Positions 9,959 to 19,771 of a stretch of DNA of 64,000 nt are shown here, one piece after another. Where the stretch lies: the NCBI GenBank assembly GCA_040219255.1, contig JAVJSW010000060.1, positions 64,001 through 128,000 of the forward strand, given 5' to 3'. The notes under the pieces are model-generated. The model was given only the letters and a program-made list of their open reading frames with translations, did no database searches and was not told the DNA's origin. Both the position numbers and the translations under genes were made by a program. The DNA is from Sumerlaeia bacterium. Lineage in GTDB: Bacteria; Sumerlaeota; Sumerlaeia; SLMS01; JAHLLQ01. How positions within the stretch are numbered: the stretch's first letter is position 1; every line of letters begins with the position of its first letter.

Positions 9959-10459
9959 TCAGTCGGACTTGGCCACGTCTTCGGCGCTGTCTTCGTCGTC
10001 TGGCAGGGGGGTGGACTGCTCGCGCCGGGACGCCTTGGCGCGTTCGGTGATGATTTCGATGGCGTGCTCGGCTTCGGCGTCGCGGGGATCGTAATCCAGG
10101 GCCAGGATAATGGCGCCGTTATCGGGCGTCGCACGGATGATGCGGCAGTAGATTTTCGCGGCGCGGCCTTCGCTGCGCACCGCCAGGCGGGCGAAGCGCA
10201 CGGTGGTGGCCAGGAGTTTCTGGATGTCCTTGGGGATGTTGGGGCACTTGACCATCGCGCCGCCCTCGGACACGTTGAAGACGGTCACCATGTAAGGGAA
10301 CGGGCGAAACGTTTCTTCCGGCAGGAGGATGTAAAGTTCCGCGTTGAAGCGGCAGCCTATGCGGGGCGATTGTCGGCGATCTTCCTCGGGCGTCACGAGA
10401 CCGTCCTGTCGTCGGGGGAAATCCGGAGGGCGAGCATTCCTCGCGTTTCCGGAATCCAA
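9959..10459 (-). CDS. PilZ domain protein (c-di-GMP receptor)
   Basis: RRQSPR (RxxxR) and NVSEGG ((D/N)xSxxG) motifs; start uncertain. Confidence 0.8.
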   Translation of the reverse strand: MDSGNARNARPPDFPRRQDGLVTPEEDRRQSPRIGCRFNAELYILLPEETFRPFPYMVTVFNVSEGGAMVKCPNIPKDIQKLLATTVRFARLAVRSEGRAAKIYCRIIRATPDNGAIILALDYDPRDAEAEHAIEIITERAKASRREQSTPLPDDEDSAEDVAKSD

Positions 10460-10553
10460 GCTATAAAGCTTTGACCTTCCTAGGATAAAGGGAAATTCTT
10501 CCCCTGCCCCGTCTCATTTCTCACGAGCCTCGCCCGGCCCCCCTCCCCGCCCC

Positions 10554-11294
10554 ATGACTACCCGTAAACGCCGCACGCGCGCCCTACGCTTCTGGCTGCT
10601 CCAGCACCTCGTCGTCCCGCTCTCGCTGGGAATCATCAAGCTGTGGATGCGCACCTGGCGCATCGAGGTCGAGGGCCGCGAAGCCCTCGAACAATTCGGC
10701 GATGGCTCCCATCCCCGGGTCATGGCCGCCTTTCATGGCACCTCCGCTTGCGTGCTGGGTCACTTGCTCCAGGTCGATCCCAAGGGCCGGCGCTACAATG
10801 GCGCCACCATGGTCAGCACCAGCCGCGATGGCGACCTGATGGCATCCGTCGCCCACTCTTTCAACTCCGTGGCGGTCCGGGGTAGCACGAAGAAGCGGGC
10901 CGCGGCCGGTCTGCTGGCCCTGATCCACGAAGTTCAGCGCGGCCGCATCGGCATGATGGCCGTCGATGGCCCCCGCGGGCCCCGTGGCAAAGCCCAGCCC
11001 GGCGTCCTCACCCTCGCCAAAGCCACCGGCGCCCGCGTCTTCATCCTCGTCCACCGGGGCGAGAACTCCATCCGCTTCAAAAAGGCCTGGGACAAATACG
11101 ACTTGCCGAAGCCGTTTTCCCGCGTGCGGGCCAAATGTCTCCTATGGCAGGATTTTGGAGCGCTTGGACCGGACCAGCCAGCCCCGTCCCTTGCGGACCT
11201 GCAACGCGCGATGATAGCCACCTACCAGGACCTCGGGGAAGACGTCTCCGACATGCCGCCCCTGGAGGAACCGCCCCCGTGCCCTGGCTCATGA
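10554..11294 (+). CDS. DUF374 / lysophospholipid acyltransferase family (LpxJ-like)
   Basis: VSTSRDGD, VRGST, AVDGPRGP, WDKYDLPKPFSR. Confidence 0.85.
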   Translation: MTTRKRRTRALRFWLLQHLVVPLSLGIIKLWMRTWRIEVEGREALEQFGDGSHPRVMAAFHGTSACVLGHLLQVDPKGRRYNGATMVSTSRDGDLMASVAHSFNSVAVRGSTKKRAAAGLLALIHEVQRGRIGMMAVDGPRGPRGKAQPGVLTLAKATGARVFILVHRGENSIRFKKAWDKYDLPKPFSRVRAKCLLWQDFGALGPDQPAPSLADLQRAMIATYQDLGEDVSDMPPLEEPPPCPGS

Positions 11295-11590
11295 CCGTTC
11301 TTGAAAGCAGTCCCATCGCCGCCCTCGACCGCGTGCTGCTGATCGGAGGCAAGAACTTCGCCCCCGAATACGCCGCCCCTTCCGCCAACGACCTCGAAGA
11401 ACTTTGGGGCCGGCCCGTGACGCTGCGCACGCCTTACGGCACGGCCTTCGAAACCGCCATCGTCGACGCCGAGCGCACCATTTCTTTCCTCGACATCCCC
11501 AGCCTGACCATCACGGTTCCCCTGTCCGTGCCGGGCGAATATGTCCAGCCCGGCACGGAAGTTTTCCTGACAGAGGACCCGGCTGCCTGA
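11291..11590 (+). CDS. hypothetical protein (99 aa)
   Basis: ATGA-coupled to the upstream gene, ends 1 bp before rsmD; host-like codons. Confidence 0.7.
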   Translation: MTVLESSPIAALDRVLLIGGKNFAPEYAAPSANDLEELWGRPVTLRTPYGTAFETAIVDAERTISFLDIPSLTITVPLSVPGEYVQPGTEVFLTEDPAA

Positions 11591-11591
11591 C

Positions 11592-12152
11592 ATGCTGAGA
11601 ATCATCGCGGGCGAACGGCGCGGCACCAAGCTCCAGACGCTCGAAGGCTCCGCCACCCGGCCCCTGCGCGACCGCGTTCGCGAATCCCTCTTCAACATCC
11701 TCCAGGGCGACGTGCCCGGCGCCAACGTGATGGACCTCTTCGCGGGGTCCGGGGCCGTCGGCCTCGAAGCCCTCAGCCGCGGCGCGCGCCACGCCGCCTT
11801 TGTGGAAGGCGGCGCCGACGCCCGCCGTGTCGTCTCCGCCAACATCGCCAAGATGCGCTACGATGGCCAGAGCCAGGTCGTGGGCGGGATGCTGCCGGGG
11901 GCGCTCTCGGGCGTGAAGGCCGAGGCGGGCGGCTTCGGTCTGATTTTCCTGATGCCGCCCTACCACAGCGGCGCCGGCCAGCAAACCCTCGCCGCCCTCC
12001 CGGCCAGCGGCCTCCTGGCCCCCGACCCCCTGGCCGTCCTCGAGTTGCACAAAGACGAAGCGCTCGACCTCCCGGATTCATGGGAAATCGAGCGCGACAA
12101 GGCCTATGGGATTACGCGGCTGCTGTTCTTGAGGCGCGCGGTGGCTGGCTGA
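11592..12152 (+). CDS. rsmD: 16S rRNA m2G966 methyltransferase
   Basis: LRIIAG, TRP..DRVRESLFNIL, DLFAGSGAVGLEALSRGA, MPPY (DPPY variant), YG near the C-terminus. Confidence 0.92.
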   Translation: MLRIIAGERRGTKLQTLEGSATRPLRDRVRESLFNILQGDVPGANVMDLFAGSGAVGLEALSRGARHAAFVEGGADARRVVSANIAKMRYDGQSQVVGGMLPGALSGVKAEAGGFGLIFLMPPYHSGAGQQTLAALPASGLLAPDPLAVLELHKDEALDLPDSWEIERDKAYGITRLLFLRRAVAG

Positions 12153-12158
12153 AGCTCC

Positions 12159-12821
12159 CTACGGACCGAAACGCACGATGTCGCCGTCGCTGATGGTGCC
12201 GTTGGTGGGGTCGTACTGATGGATCGAGCCCATCGAGGCCATCGGCATCGTCATGATTTCGTAGATGGGCAGCGACCCGCGGCGGTCCACCTCGCGGGCC
12301 ATGGTGCCGAAACGCTGGTCCGGGCCGGTGGAGAGCATGGCCCAGGCGGGCGTGATGGCCTTGCCGGTGTCGGCCATGGCCAGGCTCTCGACGCGGGCGC
12401 GGTAAGTCTGGCGGTTGACTTCGTCCGGGACGTTGGTGGCGTTGAAGTACACGAACGAATGCTTATGATCGGACATCACGACGGGCTTGAAGGTATCGAG
12501 CGGCACGTCGGTCATGTAGGCCACGGGGGTCGTCAGCGTGTAGGGGACGAAGGGCATCTGGCCCATGGGCATGGTCATGATGTTGCCTCGTCCGGCGGCG
12601 TCGAAAACGTTGGGCGGATAGGCGTTGGAATCGACGGCGTAGGCTTCGAGGCCGGTGGCGATGGAGCGCATGTCGGCGGTGACGCGGCTGACCTTGGCGC
12701 GGGTCTGGGCTTCCAGGAAGTTGGGAACCGCGATGGCCGCCAGCACCGCGATAATGGCGACGACGATGAGAAGTTCGATGAGGGTGAACGCGCGGGGGCG
12801 CCGGTGTGTTTGAGCGAACAT
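12159..12821 (-). CDS. prepilin-type N-methylation domain protein with Met-rich motifs
   Basis: RAFTLIELLIVVAIIAVLAAIAVPNFLEAQTRAKVSR class III signal; C-terminal YDPTNGTISDGDI; two IMTMPM motifs and HKH. Confidence 0.9.
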   Translation of the reverse strand: MFAQTHRRPRAFTLIELLIVVAIIAVLAAIAVPNFLEAQTRAKVSRVTADMRSIATGLEAYAVDSNAYPPNVFDAAGRGNIMTMPMGQMPFVPYTLTTPVAYMTDVPLDTFKPVVMSDHKHSFVYFNATNVPDEVNRQTYRARVESLAMADTGKAITPAWAMLSTGPDQRFGTMAREVDRRGSLPIYEIMTMPMASMGSIHQYDPTNGTISDGDIVRFGP

Positions 12822-12923
12822 GAGGGGTAGGTGTTGCCTCCGTAGGCAGGTCGTGGGGGCGCGCGGCCACTGGGGAGCGGCGCGGCGGGGATGGGAGTGG
12901 TGGGTTGTGGGTAAGGCGTGGCG

Positions 12924-12952
12924 GGTCACGGGCGGGACGCCCGTGCTACCTT
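12924..12952. repeat. REP-like palindrome GGTCACGGGCGGGACGCCCGTGCTACCTT
   Basis: 8-bp stem CACGGGCG/CGCCCGTG; identical 29-mer at 48617-48645; variant near 18222. Confidence 0.8.
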
Positions 12953-13425
12953 TAAGCGGCCTGCGGAGGTGGGGGGATGGGGGCGAAGGCTCTGTCGAGG
13001 ATTTGAGAAGAGCGGAAGGAAATAGTGGCCTCGGCGACAAAAGGTTCCGCGAGGTGAAGCCCTTGCCTTGGCGCGAGGAAGCGGAAGCCGAGGGAGCCGG
13101 GGACGGGGGCTTCGGAGCGGGGCGGGGCGCCCTCGCCGCAGGGCATAGCGAGGATGGGCGTGCCGTCGGCGGGCGGGGGCGTTTGGCGCGCCGGGCTGCA
13201 GCAGCAGTGCGGCTGGCCGAATTCGTCGAGGCTGCAATACCCGTTCACCGACCGGCAGCAGGCGCAGCAGACGTTGCTCTCGGGGGTGGGGGGCTCCTCT
13301 CGCGATTCGGCGGCGGCAGTGGGAGGCGCGAAGGCGGGGGAAACGACGATGGCGGCGAACTCGGCCAGTCCGTTGAGGGCGAAGATCGCCAGGAATAGGA
13401 TGGAGTAGAGGCGCTGTTTCATCAT
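12952..13425 (-). CDS. exported Cys-rich protein with Pro-rich C-terminus (DUF2946/CruR/CutF-like leader)
   Basis: N-terminal signal/TM segment; CCACC..C..HCCC..PC; ends RAFAPIPPPPQAA. Confidence 0.7.
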   Translation of the reverse strand: MMKQRLYSILFLAIFALNGLAEFAAIVVSPAFAPPTAAAESREEPPTPESNVCCACCRSVNGYCSLDEFGQPHCCCSPARQTPPPADGTPILAMPCGEGAPPRSEAPVPGSLGFRFLAPRQGLHLAEPFVAEATISFRSSQILDRAFAPIPPPPQAA

Positions 13426-13467
13426 TGCTCGCGCGCGAGGGGTTCCCCAAGGTGGCGCCAGCCGTCA

Positions 13468-14385
13468 ATGGAAAGGCGCGACACGTTGGGGAGCATCTCA
13501 GACGAGCACAATCTGGACCGGACGGTGCTGCGCGTGGGTACGCGCGGGTCGGCGCTGGCCCGCGCCCAGACGGCGCTGGTGGTGGAGGCGCTGAAGGCGG
13601 CGCGGCCGGAATTGCTGATCGAGGAAACGATCATCCGCACCGAGGGCGACCGGCGCCAGGACGTGGCGCTGCGGGAATTCGGCGGCAAGGGCGCCTTCAC
13701 CAAGGAGCTGGAGGTGGCGCTGGCGGAGGGACGGATCGACTGCGCGGTGCATAGTCTGAAGGACTTGCCGACGGCGATGCCCGATGGCCTGGCACTGGGC
13801 GCGGTGATGGCCCGGGGAAACCCGATGGATGTGCTGGTGGCGCGCGAGGAAATCGACCTCGCCACGTTCGAGGGCCTCGCCGGGACGTCGAGCCTGCGGC
13901 GGACGGCGCAGCTCCAATGGAAGCACCCGCACCTGCGCACCGCCGACATCCGGGGCAACGTGCCGACGCGGCTGGAGAAGCTGATGCGGGGGGAATTCGA
14001 CGCGCTGGTGCTGGCGGCGGCGGGGATCGAGCGGCTGGGCCTGGCGGTGCCGTGGATGCGGCCATTCGCGCTGGAGGACATGTATCCGGCGCCGGGCCAG
14101 GGCGCCATCGCGGTGCAGGTCCGCGCCGGCGAGGAGGAAGCCTTTTCCGCCATCCACGACCCGGTGACGGCGGCCTGCGTGGCGGCGGAGCGCGCGTTTC
14201 TGGCGGCGCTCGGTGGCGGATGCCACGCGCCGGTGGGGGCCCTGGGAGAGCACCTCGGCGGCGGCATGTTGGGGATCAAGGGGCGGTTGATGCGCGATGG
14301 CGAATGCCTCGAAGCGCGGTCGGTGGGCGGGATAAATCGCGCCGAAATGATCGGCGAAATGGCGGCGGAGATGTTGGAACGATGA
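13468..14385 (+). CDS. hemC: hydroxymethylbilane synthase
   Basis: LRVGTRGSALARAQT, GGKGAFTKELE, AVHSLKDLP, GTSSLRR, IRGNVPTRL, PAPGQGAI, LGGGC; true start may be slightly downstream. Confidence 0.95.
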   Translation: MERRDTLGSISDEHNLDRTVLRVGTRGSALARAQTALVVEALKAARPELLIEETIIRTEGDRRQDVALREFGGKGAFTKELEVALAEGRIDCAVHSLKDLPTAMPDGLALGAVMARGNPMDVLVAREEIDLATFEGLAGTSSLRRTAQLQWKHPHLRTADIRGNVPTRLEKLMRGEFDALVLAAAGIERLGLAVPWMRPFALEDMYPAPGQGAIAVQVRAGEEEAFSAIHDPVTAACVAAERAFLAALGGGCHAPVGALGEHLGGGMLGIKGRLMRDGECLEARSVGGINRAEMIGEMAAEMLER

Positions 14386-15134
14386 AACATGCGGCGATTG
14401 TGACAGGCGACGAGTCGCCGGAGGACGGGCCCCTGGGCCGGGCGCTGCGGGCGCGCGGGTTCGAGGCGGTGGTGTGCCCGTTGGTGCGGGCTTTTCCGCC
14501 GCACGACGACGGGCCGCTGCGCGAGGCGGTGGCGCGTGTGGGGGAATTCGATTGGGTGGCCTTCACGAGTGCGCGCGCCGTGGCTGCCGTAGCGGAATTG
14601 TGCGGGGGATCGCTCGCCGGTTTGGGCGCGCGGGTGGCCTGCGTGGGCAACGCCACAGCGCGGGCGGTGGAGGAGCGCGGCGGCACGGTGGTAGTCCTTC
14701 CCGTCGACGTGGGAGGCGCCGGTTTGGCCCGCGCGATGGCGGGGGCGGCGGATTTGCGGGGGCGGCGCGTGTTGTACCCTCGAGCGGAGAGCGCCCGGCC
14801 GGACCTGGCGGAGGGACTGCGCGGCGCCGGGGCCGAAGTGGTGGACCCGGTGGCCTATCGCATGGAGCCCGTGCGCGATCACGGCGAATTGGCGCAGGCG
14901 CTGGAGGCTTGGCCGGACGCGGCGGTGCTCTTGTGCAGCGCCTCGGCGGCGGAGGCGCTGGCCGGCTCGGACGTGGTGGCGCGGATGGCGGGGCGAGTGA
15001 TCGGTTCCATGGGCCCAACGACCTCGCGCGCGGCGCGGGCGGTTGGTCTGGAGGTTAGTTTCGAGCCGGAGGAGCGGTCGTTTGCGGGACTGGTGGAGGC
15101 GTTGGAGGAGGTGGCCACGGATGGCCACGGTTAG
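14382..15134 (+). CDS. hemD: uroporphyrinogen-III synthase
   Basis: FDWVAFTSARAV, ACVGNATA, VLYPRAE, VAYR, SMGPTTS; ATGA-coupled to hemC. Confidence 0.88.
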   Translation: MKHAAIVTGDESPEDGPLGRALRARGFEAVVCPLVRAFPPHDDGPLREAVARVGEFDWVAFTSARAVAAVAELCGGSLAGLGARVACVGNATARAVEERGGTVVVLPVDVGGAGLARAMAGAADLRGRRVLYPRAESARPDLAEGLRGAGAEVVDPVAYRMEPVRDHGELAQALEAWPDAAVLLCSASAAEALAGSDVVARMAGRVIGSMGPTTSRAARAVGLEVSFEPEERSFAGLVEALEEVATDGHG

Positions 15135-15464
15135 GGGGGGCGGATTTTTCGGAGATAGGTTTGGATGCGAGGGAGGAAGGGGCCTTGAGAATATGAATTT
15201 TTAGATTGGGCAAAATTGTCGGAATGCGGTGTCTTCTTACTCGGTGAGGAAATGCGGGGGAACCGGGTTCAATCATTCGAGTCCTAATCCGGCACCGACA
15301 GAGCAGTATTCAGAATGGGCATCAAGCGACTCTCCGCTGTAAGAGGGGATGTGCCATTTCCCATCTTCCCACAAATCGATTGAAGCCCCAACCCCAGCGC
15401 TCCTTCCCCGAAAATCAGCCTTCGCCCTCCCATCCGAATCCCAATCCGTGCCCATCCGTGGCTA
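15114..15464. repeat. intergenic element with inverted CCACGGATG-type arms
   Basis: GCCACGGATGGCCACGG (15114-15130, overlapping the hemD 3' end) and ATCCGTGCCCATCCGTGGC (15444-15462); AT-richer interior. Confidence 0.6.
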
Positions 15465-15489
15465 AACCCGACCCCAGGACCCACGCCTC

Positions 15490-16479
15490 ATGACCCCACC
15501 CACGCCCCCTTTTCCCCAGCGCCGCATGCGGCGCCTTCGCCGCACGGAAGCCCTCCGCGCCATGCTGCGCGAAACGCGGCTCAGTGCGAGCCAGTTCGTC
15601 TATCCGATGTTCGCCCGGCCCGGCGGCGGGGTGCGCAATCCGATCTCGTCCATGCCCGGATGCTTTCAGCTCTCCGTGGACGAACTGGTCAAGGACGCCC
15701 GCGTGGCCTTCGACGCGGGGGTGCCGGCGGTGATTCTCTTTGGCATTCCCGAGTCCAAAGACGCCGCCGGATCCGCCGGTTGCTCGGCGGATGGGATCGT
15801 CCCCCGGGCGATCCAGGCGCTCAAGGACGCGCTTCCGGACCTGATGGTGTGGGCCGATGTGTGCCTGTGCGAATACACCGACCACGGCCATTGCGGGCTG
15901 CTGACGGACGCGGGCGAGGTGGATAACGACGCGACGCTGGAGGTCCTGACCCGCGCGGCGCTGGCCTATGCCGAGGCGGGCGCCGACGTCATCGCCCCCA
16001 GCGACATGATGGACGGGCGCGTCGCCGCCATCCGTGCCGGGCTCGATGGCGCCGGGTTCACCCACACCCCAATCGTCAGCTACGCCGCCAAGTACGCGTC
16101 GGCCTTCTACGGCCCCTTCCGCGAGGCCGCCGAGAGCGCCCCCCAATTCGGCGACCGCCGCGCCTATCAGATGGACCCCGCCAACAGCGACGAAGCCCTG
16201 CGCGAGGTCGAACTCGACATCGCCGAAGGCGCCGACATCGTCATGGTCAAACCGGCCCTCGCCTATCTCGACGTCATCCGGCGCGTGAAGGACACGTTCA
16301 ACATCCCCGTCGCCGCCTACAACGTCAGCGGCGAATACGCCATGCTGCACGCGGCGGCCGAGCGGGGCTGGATCGATTACGAGCGCGCCATGATGGAAAG
16401 CCTGACCGCCATCCGCCGCGCCGGAGCCGACATCATCCTGACGTACCACGCGGTCGAGGCGGCGCGGTTGCTGCGGTAG
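15490..16479 (+). CDS. hemB: porphobilinogen synthase
   Basis: [20 protein letters not shown] Zn site, [30 protein letters not shown]. Confidence 0.97.
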   Translation: MTPPTPPFPQRRMRRLRRTEALRAMLRETRLSASQFVYPMFARPGGGVRNPISSMPGCFQLSVDELVKDARVAFDAGVPAVILFGIPESKDAAGSAGCSADGIVPRAIQALKDALPDLMVWADVCLCEYTDHGHCGLLTDAGEVDNDATLEVLTRAALAYAEAGADVIAPSDMMDGRVAAIRAGLDGAGFTHTPIVSYAAKYASAFYGPFREAAESAPQFGDRRAYQMDPANSDEALREVELDIAEGADIVMVKPALAYLDVIRRVKDTFNIPVAAYNVSGEYAMLHAAAERGWIDYERAMMESLTAIRRAGADIILTYHAVEAARLLR

Positions 16480-16942
16480 GAGGGAAGGGGCTGGGTTGAC
16501 CTCGCGAGGCAAGGCAGAACGTTGGGGATTCCAAGGCTTCCCTCCGCCCTTTCCGCGTGAACGCGGGACGACGAGCACCCCCAATCCGCGCCCCTTCACC
16601 TCACTTCGCACCTCCAAACCCCTCCCATTCCCCGACTTACCCGCCCGTAAGCTCCTTTTGTCCGTTTAGTGCGGTAAGTGTATTTTGTCTTTCTTGTCCC
16701 CGAAGCTCCACATGAGGGGACAAACGGCGGGGGCTGTGAGACCCTCCTTCCTGTTCGATCTCGAATCCCAGGAGGCGCCTCGCCATGACCCACTTTTCCA
16801 CTTCTCCCCACGCCCCTTCCCACCACGAAACCCAGCGATTCCACGTTCGTGGCGCCGCGCGGTTCGAACCGGGGGCTCAACCGCTCGGAGTCCCGCCCTC
16901 AGGCGGAAAACGCCCAAGGAAGCCGCCTTCCCTGGCGCTCGC

Positions 16943-17308
16943 CTACTCGTCGCGGTGCACCGTCCCCGGCGAAAAGGCCGGCAGGCAGACGGCGATGTAC
17001 TCGGCGCCCTCCTCCGTCGGCGTCGAGTACCGCACCCATTCCCCCGCGCGGGTGTGGATCGCCTGGCCGGCGGCCACGTCGATGGGCGAACCGTTCTCGA
17101 CCTCTACGCGCAGCAGCCCCTTCAGAACCACCGTGTATTCGTCGAATTCCGGGCGCTGGCCCGGTTCTTCCCAGCCCCCTGGCGATCGCATGTGGGCGAC
17201 GCTGAGGGCCGTGTCGCCGCTGTTCACGGCGCCGAAGTATTCGTCGATCAGCTTGGGCTTGGTGCCGGCGGCTTCGATGCGGGTGGGCGAGGGGATGAGC
17301 TGGGGCAT
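16943..17308 (-). CDS. cupin domain protein (EutQ-like)
   Basis: KPKLIDEYFG, SVAHMRSPGGWEEPGQRPEFDEYTVVLKG, YIAVCLPAFSP. Confidence 0.85.
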   Translation of the reverse strand: MPQLIPSPTRIEAAGTKPKLIDEYFGAVNSGDTALSVAHMRSPGGWEEPGQRPEFDEYTVVLKGLLRVEVENGSPIDVAAGQAIHTRAGEWVRYSTPTEEGAEYIAVCLPAFSPGTVHRDE

Positions 17309-17387
17309 GGGTCGCGGATCTCCAGGAGGGATCAGAGGAATTTGGAACCTCGGATGGACGCGGATGGACGCGGAGTCAAGGGGGGGA

Positions 17388-18035
17388 TCAAAGCCCAACG
17401 ACGCTGCCGCCCACGGAAACCGGGAACTCCACACCTTCGTATTCAAAGACCACTTCGCCGGGCAGGATGTCTTTGACGACGATCGAGGGGTAGGCGTCCA
17501 CAACGTCCCCCTTGGCCTGGATGTCGTTCGCGATCAGGACGAAGGAATTTTCCGGTTCGGCCACGTCGTAGACGACACCGATGGTGTTGTTCCGAACCCA
17601 TTCGGGCAGTTCGATGACGCCCTCGCCGGGACCCGGGATGATGACGCCCTTGTGCTGGCTCAGGTGGGTCGTGATCCGCGCCAGGAGGTCCTGCGCCTCG
17701 GCCCGTTCGGCGTCGGTCAGTTCCACCGACGGGTCGGCGAGGAGAACTTCCAGAAGGTTCCGCGCCGCGGTCCAGTCGGCCCGCTGGCGGCTGTCCATCA
17801 GGGTGCGGACCTGGGCGAGGAGATCACTGGCGGTGACGGCCTCGCCATCGGTGGTGCGCAGCAGTTTCCACTCCGGGATCATCGGGTCGGCGCCGTCGGC
17901 GATGTAGATGAATTCGGCGCCCATGCCGAGATCGGAGATGAGGATTTCGAGGGTGGCGCCGGCCGGATCGGCGGCGCGGGCGGTGCCGGCGGCCAGCAGC
18001 GCGGCGGCTCCGAGGGCGAAAAAGGTCTTCATCAT
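17388..18035 (-). CDS. secreted hypothetical protein
   Basis: Signal peptide MMKTFFALGAAALLAAGTARA; host-like codons. Confidence 0.7.
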   Translation of the reverse strand: MMKTFFALGAAALLAAGTARAADPAGATLEILISDLGMGAEFIYIADGADPMIPEWKLLRTTDGEAVTASDLLAQVRTLMDSRQRADWTAARNLLEVLLADPSVELTDAERAEAQDLLARITTHLSQHKGVIIPGPGEGVIELPEWVRNNTIGVVYDVAEPENSFVLIANDIQAKGDVVDAYPSIVVKDILPGEVVFEYEGVEFPVSVGGSVVGL

Positions 18036-18293
18036 GGCGCAGGGGCTCCTGAAGTCGGGTGGATTCCAGCACTCGAATACGGAAAACCCCTGCAAAACGC
18101 AAGGACAGCTTTGGAGAAACGGCCTCGATCCCTTCCCCGCGGAGAGACACCCAGTTCAGTAGGCCCACGGGCTGGAGAGGGCTCGCGCACTATTCCTTTG
18201 ATAAGCCTGAAGTTAGAAGGTGTCACGGGCGCCCCGCCCGTACTGGGCGGCGCTTTTTCTCGAACAGGTGGGCCACAGACTGGAGAGTCTGTG

Positions 18294-19676
18294 CTACACC
18301 TTCAGGAACCACTTCTTCTTGTAGAACACCGTCAGCACCACGAGCCACAGGGCCAGGTTCACCACGGAATAGGAGAACGAAGCGAGCTTGTCGGGGCCGA
18401 TCCAGGAGTCGAAGAGGTTGTTGTAGATCCAGGTCTTGAGAGCGACGCCTTCGCCGACTTTGATGACGATCAGCAGGCGCCCGACAATGCCCGAGCCAAA
18501 GAACAGCAGAATGGCGTTCATGCCGAAAATGACGAAGGGCACACTCCACTTCCGCCATTTCATCACGTCGTTGAGCCAGTAGCACAGCGCCAGGAACAGC
18601 AGCGCCCAGCCGCCCATCAGGAGCACGTAGCTGCTGGTCCAGATCTTCTTGTTGATCGGGAAAACAAGGTCCCACGCCAGGCCCAGCACCAGCAGGACCG
18701 CGCCCGCGATGGCCATCCCGGCGGCGCGGCGCATGGGGGACTCGCCCTCCTTGCGCAGCCACTGGCCCGTCAGGACGCCCAGCAGCACCGTCGCCACCGA
18801 GGGGATGGTGGACAAGAGGCCTTCCGGGTCGGGGCGATGGCTGTAGAGATGATCGCCGAGGAGCTTCACATCGATCCAGTCGTGCAGCAGACCCGGGAAC
18901 GGCGCGTCGGCGGGGGCGTCGGGTTTGACGCCTTCGGCAAAGTCGTAGCCGTCGGGCGCATCGATGAGCAGGCAAATGAGATAGTAGAGCACCATCAGTC
19001 CCACGGCCCAGGCCGTCCGGCCCTTCCAGCCCCGGCAAAAGACCATGACGATCGTGCCGAGAATGTAGGCGAGGGCGATGCGGGCGAGGACGCCGGGCAC
19101 GCGGATCGTCCAGGCGCTGACGCCTTCGATGGCGTTGAGGTCGTTGGTCAGGGGGAAGAGGGCTTTCCAGCTCAGCGCCACGGTGTCGCCCTGGAAATGG
19201 GCGAAATCCAGGATGAACCAGAGGAAGGCGGCGCCGAGCGTCGCCAACCCGCCGACCAGCCACGGTTTGCCGTTTTCCTTCGACTCGCCCGTCTCGGCGA
19301 TCTTGAGCCCGGCGATCAGCAGCAGCCACGGCATCAGGAGCCGCAGGTTGGGAAAGCCGGTCATGATCATTCCGAGGGCGAACAGGACAGCGGCGCGTTC
19401 GCCGGCCTTGCGCAGGATCGGGCCGCGCGGCGCCCCGGCGTTCAGCCGGCGGTCCAGGCTGAACACCATCGCCACGCCCACGATGAACAGGAAGAACGGA
19501 AAAATGAAATCCGTCGGCGTCCATCCGTCCCACTGGGCATGCGTCAGGGGCTTGTACATCGCGCCCCAGGTACCCGGGTTGTTCACGATGATCATGGCGG
19601 CGATGGTGATGCCGCGGAAATTGTCCAGAGAAACGAGCCGCTCGGGTTTCGTGGCGGTCTGCTCGAGGTCGCGCAT
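18294..19676 (-). CDS. heparan-alpha-glucosaminide N-acetyltransferase-like membrane protein (NagX/DUF1624/DUF5009)
   Basis: RLVSLDNFRG, LTHAQWDG..TDFIFPFFLFIVG, DPEGLLST, PINKKIWTSSY. Confidence 0.88.
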   Translation of the reverse strand: MRDLEQTATKPERLVSLDNFRGITIAAMIIVNNPGTWGAMYKPLTHAQWDGWTPTDFIFPFFLFIVGVAMVFSLDRRLNAGAPRGPILRKAGERAAVLFALGMIMTGFPNLRLLMPWLLLIAGLKIAETGESKENGKPWLVGGLATLGAAFLWFILDFAHFQGDTVALSWKALFPLTNDLNAIEGVSAWTIRVPGVLARIALAYILGTIVMVFCRGWKGRTAWAVGLMVLYYLICLLIDAPDGYDFAEGVKPDAPADAPFPGLLHDWIDVKLLGDHLYSHRPDPEGLLSTIPSVATVLLGVLTGQWLRKEGESPMRRAAGMAIAGAVLLVLGLAWDLVFPINKKIWTSSYVLLMGGWALLFLALCYWLNDVMKWRKWSVPFVIFGMNAILLFFGSGIVGRLLIVIKVGEGVALKTWIYNNLFDSWIGPDKLASFSYSVVNLALWLVVLTVFYKKKWFLKV

Positions 19677-19771
19677 GGGCGCTGGCCCTCCATAAACTTC
19701 AGGATGAAAGCCGTTGTGTCATCGGGCGTGAAGCGGGCACAAGCGGGGATTGCAAAAAGTTGCGTGCCTCC

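Noticed and set aside
12822-13040. N-terminal extension of the pilin ORF to 13040
   Set aside because: It overlaps the leader ORF and the REP; prepilin leaders are short, so the ATG at 12821 is preferred
16480-16800. Small ORFs and low-complexity pyrimidine-rich repeats after hemB
   Set aside because: No coding signal; too degenerate to define a repeat unit
16845-16925. tRNA-like GGTTCGAACC
   Set aside because: No cloverleaf or acceptor stem could be built
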